From Eledone cirrhosa (taxonomy: Eukaryota): a DNA stretch of 64,000 nucleotides. The stretch spans positions 12,710,001-12,774,000 of the forward strand of contig OZ024741.1 of assembly GCA_964016885.1 (NCBI GenBank). Reading direction: 5' to 3'. Numbering within the stretch: position 1 is the first letter of the stretch; each line of letters opens with the position of its first letter. Below are positions 9,109-21,100 of this stretch, piece after piece. The translations under genes were made by a program, and so were the position numbers. The notes beneath the pieces were generated by a model. It did not search any database and was not told where the DNA came from. It saw only the letters and a list, made by a program, of their open reading frames with translations.

Positions 9109-10160
9109 ATTTTTTCCTCATCTTTTTATCATGTGTTATCAACTAATCCGAACTCCAAGATGTTTGTTATTGACTCTCTCTTCATGGAAAACTTAGGTGG
9201 ATGCACTTCTCTCATTTAACCCTAGAGTTTTCTCTAAGATTTTTCGTATGTTATCAACGAATATGACCTCCAAACCAGTTGGAAATGATTAGTTGTTCTA
9301 GGAAAAAGGAGGGGTAAAGCAGGTGGAAAAACCATTGTCGTTTTGTAGATATATACCCGAATGATTTTTCTTCGGTCTTCTTTTGAGTGCTATCAACTAA
9401 TCTGACCTTTTAGTTGCTCTGAATCAATTTTTTTTTTCTGGGATTTGGAAACTAAAACTAAATTAAACATAAAATTAAATCTAGCCCCAACCCTAAACTC
9501 TAAATCTAAACCAAACCAAGCTAAATATAAATATAAACTTAACTCCAACCCTTAAACTAAACTCTAAACTATACTCAAACCATAAAACTAAACCCTAAAC
9601 ATTACCCCAACCCTAAAAGTAAACCCTAAACTTTACCCCAAACCTAAAAGTAAACCCTAAACTTTACCCCAAATCTAAAACTAAACCCTAAACTTTACTC
9701 CAAACCTAAAACTAAACCCTAAACATTACCCTAAACCTAACCCAGGGAAATAAGTTGATTGGAAGCATCTAGGAGGTCAGATTAATTAATAGCACAGGAA
9801 ATAGCACAGGAAATAGCATAGGAAATAGCATAGGAAATAGCATAGGAAATTAATAGCAAAGGAAATATACCGAAAATGATTAAGTCCCACAACATGTGAG
9901 TGGGGTGTAGATCTGCAAAACTCTTCCCTTCTCCCTCTCCTCTTTCTCCAAAGCTAGTTGTTTTTGACTGGTTTGGAAGTCATATTCACTGATAACGCAT
10001 GAAAATAGAATCAAAGAGAAAATTCCGAGTAAGCAGGGGTTATCCGGGTGAAGGGGGAACCACCTCACCCCGCCGTTTTCCTGGGGGGGAGGAAGTCAGT
10101 TTCAAGCATCTTGGAGATTGGATTAGTTGATAGCACATGAAAAATAGGAGGAAAAAATTT
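9109..10160. mobile_element. Fold-back/MITE-like element with mirrored arms and a central (AACCCTAA)-rich minisatellite
   Basis: Three left motifs (~9131, ~9247, ~9386) match three right motifs (~10103, ~9961, ~9760) as reverse complements in mirror order. Central ~30-bp units such as aaccctaaactttaccccaaacctaaaagt at ~9590-9742. Confidence 0.65.
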
Positions 10161-10628
10161 CACATCACATCACACCACATCTCACCACATCTCACCACAT
10201 CACATCACATCACATTTCACCACATCACATTTCACCACACCACACCACTTCACATCACATCACATCTCACCACACCACACCACACCACACCACATCACAT
10301 CACATGCCATCACACCACACGCTACCACACTACATCCACCACACTCCACTACACTATATCCCCCACCCTACATTGAACTACACTCCACTCCACCACACCA
10401 CTGTCCACTACAATAAACCACACTCCACTACTCTACACTAGACTAGACTACACTACATCACACCACACTACACCACACCACTGTCCACTACACTTAACCA
10501 CACTCCACTCCACTACCCTACACTACACTAGACTACCCTACACTACACTAGACTACCCTACACTACACTAGACTACACTACACTACACTACACTACACAC
10601 CACACCACACTACACAACACCACACCAC
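10161..10628. repeat. Degenerate pentanucleotide repeat (CACAT/CACAC/CACTA)n
   Basis: Directly visible. Confidence 0.9.
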
Positions 10629-11477
10629 TTTCTATTTGACTGTTTTCTATTTTGTAGGTATGTCCAGTTACAGTAAGAGAAAGTTATTTCAAAGGATCTG
10701 AGTAAGTAAACACTTCATTGACCTTTTCATATGATTACACCTCAGTCTTAACTGAATTACCTGGAGATGGATGCTACATGTAATGTTAAAATTAGTTAAA
10801 CACTGTTTCCCCCTTCTCATCACATGTGGATGCTACATGTGTATTGTTAACATTAATCTAACGTTGTCCCCCCACCACCACCACCACCACCTCACCATAT
10901 CATACCACACCATGTTGTACCACACCAGACCACATAACACCATGCTATACCATATATATATATATATATATATGAGCTCCCCACTCGTTATATTAACTCT
11001 ATCTCCTCGGTGTTTCGTGAAAGTCTGAGAGATCAGCTATATATTTGTTTGCAATTTTTTTTTATATTTAGATGGAAAAGAAGAAAAAGACGACGAAGCA
11101 GCAGACAACTAAAATGACAACAAAGACAAAGAAGACACGGGAAACGAAGATGACGAAAAGAAGAAGAAAGTATGATCTCAGTTCAGTCTAAACCTAATGA
11201 TTTATAGATATGATCTTAGTTCAGTCTTAACCTAATGACCTGTAGATACAATCTATTTAGGTTTAACTTAAACATTCAAAGATATTTGTAAATACTTTTG
11301 TTGATGTTTGACATTGTCTTTTAGTTATGAAATAGCTTATAAGCTACATTATAGGATCACAGTGCATGAGCACACTGCTCTTTAAATTAACTTTATCTCC
11401 TCAGCACTTTGTAAAGTCTGAGAGATAGGCAACATATGTGTTTTACACTCTTTGTTTTTGGTATTTAGATGGCAGAG

Positions 11478-11613
11478 GAGAAGTCAAAGGCACAGAAGAA
11501 GTCAAAGGCACAGAAGAAGTCAAAGGCACAGAAGAAGACAAAGGCACAGAAGAAGACAAAGGCACAGAAGAAGACAAAGGCACAGAAGAAGACAAAGGCA
11601 CAGAAGAAGACAA
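11478..11613. repeat. 18-bp minisatellite GAAG(A/T)CAAAGGCACAGAA, ~7 copies
   Basis: Directly visible. Reads EEDKGT repeats in one frame. Confidence 0.9.
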
Positions 11614-11939
11614 AGAAAATGAACAAGAAGAACAATTATTATTACTATTATTATTGTTATTATTATTTGTATTATTATAATCAAACTAAGCCACACTACA
11701 TCAACCTATACCCTACCACACCACATTATCCAATACCACACTACGAAACACTGTACGACCTCACATCAGACCATGCTATGAAACAATATACCATACTACA
11801 CTATACAACAATAGACAACACCACACAAGACTATGAAACACTATACTTTACCACACTATATCACACCACTCAAGTTAGAGAGGATCAGCTTTTTTTCTTG
11901 GAAAGTAGAAAACCTAACTTTAAGCTAAAACCGAACTTT

Positions 11940-14900
11940 AAAAATAACTTACCCTAACACTTGCACTCACACATGCGCTAACAGTGAACTTAGCGCTAAC
12001 ATGAAAACTAACACAAACACAAAATCTGAAAACTAACATTAAATAGAAAACTAACACAAACACTAACCTGAACACTAAAACTGACACTAACACTAACCTG
12101 AACACCAGCACTAAAACTAACACTACCGTAAACACTAACACTGACCTGAGCACTAACACTAAAAGTAACACAAACACTAATCTGAAAACTGATACTAACC
12201 AGAAAACTAAGCTAACATTAATTTCAACACTAAAACAAACACTAACGTTAACAGAGGTACTAACACAAATATTAACACAAAAACAAACACTAACACAAAC
12301 ACTAACACAATCTCTAACACTAACCTTAACACTAAAACTAAGATTAACTTGAACACTAACATAAACACTAATGCTAACACTAACAGAAATACTAATGCTA
12401 ACATTAACGCTAACATTAACACAAAAATAAAGACTAACGCTAACACAATCACTAACACTAATGGAAACATCAAACACTAATGCTAACAGAGATACTAACA
12501 CAAATATTAACACAAAAACAAATACTAACACTAACACAATCTCTAACACTAACCTTAACACTAAAACTAACACTAACATTAACTTGAACACTAACACTAA
12601 CCTGAACACTTACACTAAAACTAACATTAACCTGAATACTAACACTAAAACTAACACTAACAGAGATACTAACACAAATATTAACACAAAAACAAACACA
12701 ATCTCTAACACTAAAACTAACATTAACTTGAACACTAACACTAACCTGAAAACTAAGCTAACATTAACCTGAACACTAACACAAACACTCATGCTAACAC
12801 TAACAGAAATACTAATGCTAACATTAACACAAAAACAAAGACTAACGCTAACACAATCAGTAACACTAATGGAAACATCAATCACTAATGCTAACAGAGA
12901 TACTAACACATATTAACACAAAAACAGACACTAAAAAAACACTAAAACTAACACGAAAACTGATACTAACCAGAACACTAAGCTAACATTAACCTCAACA
13001 CTAAAACAAACACTAACATTAACAGAAAAACAAAGACTAGCACTAACATTAATGGAAACACTAACACAAACATTAACACAAAATAAAACACTAACACTAA
13101 AACTGACATTAACACGAACATTAACCTGAACACTAACAAAAATGCTAACACTAATACAAAATCAAACACTAACACGAACACTAATGGAAACACTAACGCC
13201 AAAGCTGACACTGACGAAGATGGCTATGCTGACACAAATGCTAGCGCAAATGTTGACACAATCGCTTACGCTGACACAAACACTAACGTGAATACTGATG
13301 CAAGTGCAAAGGCGAATGCTGACAAAGACTCTGACGCACACGCTGATGTAAATGCTACACAGACTCTAACGCTGACGTGGACACTGACACAAATGCTCAC
13401 GCTGATGCAAACACTAAAGCAAATGCAGACACTAATGCAAACACAGACGCAAATGCTGATGCAGATGTTAAAGCAAACGCAAATGCTGACGCAAATGATG
13501 ACAGCGATGCTAATCTGAACCTTAACGCAGACGTAAACATTGACGTAGAAGCTAAAGGAAACACTGATGCAAACATTAATGAAAATGCTGACGCAGACGC
13601 TAACACACGTTAACACAGATGCTAACGTAAACACTGACGCAGATGCTAATATAAACACTGACGCAGACGCTAACATAAACGCTGACTCAGATGCTAACAC
13701 ACGTTGACACAGATGCTAACGTAAACGATGACGTAGAAGCTAATGTAAATGCTGACACAGATGCAAATGTAAACGCTGACGCTGATGTAGATGTAAATAG
13801 AGACGCTGATGTAGAAGCTAACACAAACGCTGACACAGACACTAATGTAAGCGCTGACGTAGACGCTAATGTAGATGCTGATGTAGAAGCTAACGTAAAC
13901 GATGACGTAGATGTTAACGTAGACGCTGACGTAGAAGCTAACGTAGATGCTGACGTAGAAGCTAACAAAACGCTACGTAGTTGTTACGTAGAAGCAGGCG
14001 TAGAAATTAGCGTTTACCCTTACCGCCGAAGCTGATCTCCAAAACGCAATTTCTGATGCGGATTGCTGAAGCCAAAGCCAAGCTAACGCTGACGTAAATG
14101 TTGAGGCAGTATTGCCAGGCGCTGACGTGTATGCTGACGCTAAAGCAAATGCTGATGCGGACGCTAGGGCTAAGGCTAACGCTAACGCTGACGCAAATGC
14201 TGAAGTTAACGCTTACATGGGATATGCAGACGCTGCAATGATGCGGACGCCACAGGAAAGGTTGATGGAAACGCCAATGCTAACGGAAAACGCTGACGTA
14301 GACGTTACGGAAACGCTGACGTAGAAGCTAACGTAAACGCTGACACAGACGCTAACGTAAACGTTGACACAGACGCTAACGTAAATACTGACGTTAACTG
14401 AAACGCTGATGTAGATGTAAATACTGATGCTGACACAGACGCGGTCGGAAACGCTGACGTAGAAGCTAACGGAAACACTGACACAGACGCTAACGGAAAT
14501 GCTGACAAAGACGTTAAAGGAAACGCTGTCGCAAATGCTAATGTTAATGTGAATGCTGATGCAGATGCTGACGCCAATGCAAACCCCCATACAAATGCAA
14601 ACGCTGATGTTAACACTGACTCAAACACTAATGCAAATGCTGACGTGCACGCTGATGCAAACGCTGACACTGAGGGAAATGCTGACACAATCACTATCAC
14701 CAATGCAGACGCTGACGCAAATGCTGACATTTACGCAAACACTGAGGCTAATCCAAACACTAACGCAGATGCTAACACCAGTCTACATAGACACTAACAC
14801 AAAAGCTTACATAGATGCTTATGCAAATGCTAACGCTGATGCAGACAGTAACGCAAACAATAACTGTAAGAGTAACAGTTACAGTAACACTAACAGTGAC

Positions 14901-14990
14901 AGTAATGCTAACAGTAACACAGTCACTAACAATAAACTTACCATTAACAGTAAAACTTACCCTAACACTAACCCTAAATCTAACATTAAT
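11940..14990. repeat. Hexamer-periodic low-complexity tract: (ACTAAC)n grading into (GCTGAC/GCAAAT/GTAGAA)n and back
   Basis: Directly visible 6-bp periodicity. ORFs in all frames are dipeptide-like and mutually frameshifted. Confidence 0.88.
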
Positions 14991-15149
14991 CCAGAGAAAA
15001 AGTCATTTGCAATCACATTTAAGGTCACTCTTTAAGATATAGAAGATAGGCATTACATTTTAATGATTTTAATTTAAAGAGAATCACGCTATACGATGCA
15101 ACACAATAACACACCACACCACACTAACCTACACTACACCAAACCAGAT

Positions 15150-18100
15150 TATACCATACCTTGGTAAATTTATGATAGGTTTCCATGTTATAACTACACC
15201 AAACTAAACCATACCAAACGAAACCATACCAAACTACACCAAACCAAACCGCACCATAACAAACTACACCATACTACATCACACCATTTTATTGAACTCA
15301 GTGTGAAAAAGTTTTTTCCTGCTTTTTTTGTCTTTTTTGTGTGTGTGCTTACCACCCAATCTGACATTAAAAGTGTTCGCAATTAACTATTTTTTGCACA
15401 TATTATCAATGAAGACTTTGAAACCTATTGAAAATGACTAGCTTTGTAGAAAAAAGAGGGCGGAAAGTGGGTGGAAATACCATTCACAAAGCTTGTCATT
15501 TTTGATTGCAATGAAAGTCATGTTTGTTGTTAATATGGTAATGGAGGCACATGGCTTAGTGGTTAGAGCATTGGTCTTGCAATCGAAAGGATGTGAGTTC
15601 AATTCTCAGACCAGGTGGTGTGTTGTTTCTTTGAGCAAGACACTTTATTTCACATTGCTCCAGTTTACTCAGCTGTAGTAATGAGATGAGAGGGACTGGT
15701 GTCCCTATCATTCCACTGCAAAGTGGTCGTGTACGTGCTACGGCAAAGACCACCCAGCACTCACTGTAAGTGAGATTGGTGTTAGGAAGGGCATCCATCT
15801 GTAGAAATCAAGCCAAAATCAGTTCCCGTCCCACCCTTGCAAGCAGGGAAAAGTGGACGTAAAATGATGATGATGGTAAAAGCATAGTCGGCTGTAAGCA
15901 TGTTGGAGGTTGGAAAACCATAACACATTAAACTACATCAAACTACACCATACCAAACTACACCATACTACATCACACCATGCTATTAATCTCAGTGAGA
16001 ACATTTTTCTTCCTGTTTTTTTTTTCTGTGTGTGTGTATGCTTAGCACCCAATCTGATATCAAAGGTGCTCACAAATGACTATGTTTTTTACACATTATC
16101 AATGTATATAACATGGAAACCTATCATTTGCAATAGGTTCCCATGTCATAAGTACAACAGTCCAAACCATACCACAACAAACTACACCATTCTACATCAC
16201 ACCATGCTTTTGATCTCAGTGTGAAAAATTTTCTTCCTGTTTCTTTTTTTTTTTTTTTTGTGTGTTCTTACCACCCAATCTGACATCAAAGGTGCTGCAA
16301 TTGACTATTTTTCGCAGATATTATCAATAATTATGACATGGAAAACTATCCAAAATGACTAGCTTTGTAGAAAAAAGAGGGAGGATATGGGTGAAAATAC
16401 CATTTACAAAGCTAGTCATTTTTTATTGCAGCGGAAGTCATATTTTTTGTTAATGTTAAAAGCATAGTCCACTGCGAGCATCTTGGAAGTTGATAGCACA
16501 TGCAAAAATGAAGGAAACATTTTTTATAACATAAATCAAAGTGGAAATTTAAATGCTCACTTATAACAAAGCACACCACAGCACATTAATCTACCCCAAT
16601 CCACACCATAAATTCACCTTAACCATACTACACTATATGGTAAATTTATTACAGAACACCATGGTTTGGAGATCAATGTGACAAATTTGCTACCTGCTTT
16701 TTATTTTTTTTTTTGGTTACCACCTCAAACTAACATCAAAGGTGCTTGCAAATGACTATTTTCCTACACATTATCAATGAATATGACATGAGAATCTATC
16801 GTTTACAATTGGTTTCCATTTCATAATTTCACCAAACCAAACCAAACCAAGATACACCATACTACATCACACCAAGCTGTTGATCTTGGTGTGAAACATT
16901 TTCTCCCCGTTTCCTTTTTTTTTTTTTGTGTGTGTGTGCTTACCACCCAATCTGCACATTAAAGGTGCTCCCAATTGACTATTTTTTTTTCCACTTATCA
17001 ATAATTATGACATGGAAACCTATCGAAAATTACTATCTTTGTAGAAACTTCACCAAACCACACCATACTACATCACACCAAGATATTGATTTTGGTGTGA
17101 CAAATTTTCATCTGGCATTTTTTTAAATTTTTTTAATTTTTATTTTGTGCTTAATTTGACATAAAAGAGTCTCGCAAATTACTATTTTATGCACATATTA
17201 TTAATGGTTATGACATGGAAACCTGATGAAAATGACTAGCTTTGTAGATAAAAGTGGGAGGATGTGGGTGGAAATACCATTTACAAAGCTAGCCATTTTT
17301 TATTGCAGCGGAAGTCATAATTTTTGTTAATATGTTAAAAGCATAGTCCACTGCGAGCTTCTTGGAAGTTGATAGCACATGCAAAAATGAAGGAAAAATT
17401 TTTTTCTAACGTAAATCAAAGTTGAAATTGAAATCCCCACTTATAACAAAGCACACCACAGCACATTAATCTACCCCAATCCACACCATAAATTCACCAT
17501 AACCAAACTACACTATATGGTAAATATATTACAGAACACCATGGTTTGGAGATCAATGTGACAAATTTGCTAGCTGCTTTTTATTTTTTTTTTTGTTTAC
17601 CACCTCAAACTAACATCAAAGGTGCTTGCAAATGACTATTTTCCTACACATTATCAATGAATATGACATGAGAATCTATCGTTTACAATTGGTTTCCATT
17701 TCATAATTTCACCAAACCACACCAAACCAAGATACACCATACTACATCACACCAAGCTATTGATCTTGGTGTGAAACATTTTCTCCCCGTTTCCTTTTTT
17801 TTTTTGTGTGTGTGTGTGTGTGCTTACCACCCAATCTGTACATTAAAGGTGCTCCCGATTGATTTTTTTTTTTTCCACTTATCAATAATTATGACATGGA
17901 AACCTATCGAAAATTACTATCTTTGTAGAAACTTCACCAAACCACACCATACTACATCACACCAAGATATTGATTTTGGTGTGACAAATTTTCATCTGGC
18001 ATTTTTTTTAATTTTTATTTTGTGCTTAATTTGACATAAAAGGGGCTCGCAAATTACTATTTTATGAACATATTATTAATGGTTATGACATGGAAACCTG

Positions 18101-21100
18101 ATGAAAATGACGAGCTTTGTAGATGAAAGAGGGAGGATGTTGGTGGAAATACCATTTACAAAGCTAGCCATTTTTTATTGCAGCGGAAGTCATAATTTTT
18201 GTTAATATGTTAAAAGCATAGTCCACTGCGAGTATCTTGGAAGTTGATAGCACATGCAAAAATGAAGGAAAAATTTTTTTCTAACATAAATCAAAGTTGA
18301 AATTGAAATCCCCACTTATAACAAAGCACACCACAGCACATTAATCTACCCCAATCCACACCATAAATTCACCTTAACCATACTACACTATATGGTAAAT
18401 TTATTACAGAACACCATGGTTTGGAGATCAATGTGACAAATTTGCTACCTGCTTTTTATTTTTTTTTTTGGTTACCACCTCAAACTAACATCAAAGGTGC
18501 TTGCAAATGACTATTTTCCTACACATTATCAATGAATATGACATGAGAATCTATCGTTTACAATTGGTTTCCATTTCATAATTTCACCAAACCAAACCAA
18601 ACCAAGATACACCATACTACATCACACCAAGCTGTTGATCTTGGTGTGAAACATTTTCTCCCCGTTTCCTTTTTTTTTTTTGTGTGTGTGTGCTTACCAC
18701 CCAATCTGCACATTAAAGGTGCTCCCAATTGACTATTTTTTTTTCCACTTATCAATAATTATGACATGGAAACCTATCGAAAATTACTATCTTTGTAGAA
18801 ACTTCACCAAACCACACCATACTACATCACACCAAGATATTGATTTTGGTGTGACAAATTTTCATCTGGCATTTTTTTAAATTTTTTTAATTTTTATTTT
18901 GTGCTTAATTTGACATAAAAGAGTCTCGCAAATTACTATTTTATGCACATATTATTAATGGTTATGACATGGAAACCTGATGAAAATGACTAGCTTTGTA
19001 GATAAAAGTGGGAGGATGTGGGTGGAAATACCATTTACAAAGCTAGCCATTTTTTATTGCAGCGGAAGTCATAATTTTTGTTAATATGTTAAAAGCATAG
19101 TCCACTGCGAGCTTCTTGGAAGTTGATAGCACATGCAAAAATGAAGGAAAAATTTTTTTCTAACGTAAATCAAAGTTGAAATTGAAATCCCCACTTATAA
19201 CAAAGCACACCACAGCACATTAATCTACCCCAATCCACACCATAAATTCACCATAACCAAACTACACTATATGGTAAATATATTACAGAACACCATGGTT
19301 TGGAGATCAATGTGACAAATTTGCTAGCTGCTTTTTATTTTTTTTTTTGTTTACCACCTCAAACTAACATCAAAGGTGCTTGCAAATGACTATTTTCCTA
19401 CACATTATCAATGAATATGACATGAGAATCTATCGTTTACAATTGGTTTCCATTTCATAATTTCACCAAACCAAACCAAACCAAGATACACCATACTACA
19501 TCACACCAAGCTATTGATCTTGGTGTGAAACATTTTCTCCCCGTTTCCTTTTTTTTTTTGTGTGTGTGTGTGTGTGCTTACCACCCAATCTGTACATTAA
19601 AGGTGCTCCCGATTGATTTTTTTTTTTTCCACTTATCAATAATTATGACATGGAAACCTATCGAAAATTACTATCTTTGTAGAAACTTCACCAAACCACA
19701 CCATACTACATCACACCAAGATATTGATTTTGGTGTGACAAATTTTCATCTGGCATTTTTTTTAATTTTTATTTTGTGCTTAATTTGACATAAAAGGGGC
19801 TCGCAAATTACTATTTTATGAACATATTATTAATGGTTATGACATGGAAACCTGATGAAAATGACGAGCTTTGTAGATGAAAGAGGGAGGGAGGATGTTG
19901 GTGGAAATACCATTTACAAAGCTAGCCATTTTTTATTGCAGCGGAAGTCATAATTTTTGTTAATATGTTAAAAGCATAGTCCACTGCGAGTATCTTGGAA
20001 GTTGATAGCACATGCAAAAATGAAGGAAAAATTTTTTTCTAACATAAATCAAAGTTGAAATTGAAATCCCCACTTATAACAAAGCACACCACAGCACATT
20101 AATCTACCCCAATCCACACCATATACTTCACTATATGGTAAATTTATTACAGAACACCTACTACCATTTACATCACACCATGGTATGGAAATCAATGTGA
20201 CAAATTTGCTACCTGCTTTTTTTTTTTTTTTTGTGGTTACCACCTCAAACTAACATCAAAGGTGCTTGCAAATGACTATTTTCCCACACATTATCAATGA
20301 ATATGACATGGGAATCTATCGTTTACAATTGGTTTCCATTTTATAACTTCACCACACCATACCAAGATACACCATACTCCATTGCACAAAGCTATTGATC
20401 TTGGTGTGAAAAAATTTTTTTCCCTGTTTCGTTTTTTTTTTTTCTGTGCGCTCACCACCCAATCTGACATTAAAGGTGCTCCCAATTTACTTTTATTTTT
20501 CACATATCAATAATTATGACATGGAAACCTATCGAAAATGACTATCTTTGTAGAAACTTCACCAAACTACACCATACTAGATCACACCAAGTTATTGATT
20601 TTGGTGTGACAAATTTTCATCTGGCATTTTTTCTTTTTTCTTTTTTTTGTTCTTACCACCCAATTTGAGATCAAAGGTGCTCGCAAATTACTATTTTATG
20701 CACATATTATTAATGGTTATGACATGGAAACCTGATGAAAATGACTAGCTTTGTAGAAAAAAGAGGGAGGATGTGGGTGGAAATACCATTTACAAAGCTA
20801 GCCATTTTTTATTGCAGCGGAAGTCATATTTTTTGTTAATATGTTAAAAGCATAGTCCACTGCGAGCATCTTGGAAGTTGATAGCACATGCAAAAATGAA
20901 GGAAAAATTTTTTTTCTCATATAAATCAAAGTGGAAATTTAAATCCTCACTTATAACAAAGCACACCACAGAACATTAATCTACCCCAATCCACACCATA
21001 AATTCACCATAACCATACTTCACTATATGGTAAATTTATTACAGAACACGATGGTATGGAGATCAATGTGACAAATTTGCTACCTGCTTTTTATTTTTTT

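Noticed and set aside
9450-9745. True telomere or interstitial telomeric array
   Set aside because: CCCTAA occurs only within degenerate ~30-bp units inside a fold-back element, not as tandem TTAGGG.
15545-15612. tRNA gene
   Set aside because: It is the SINE head: followed by a core domain, LINE-type tail and TSD, with a degenerate B box and acceptor stem.
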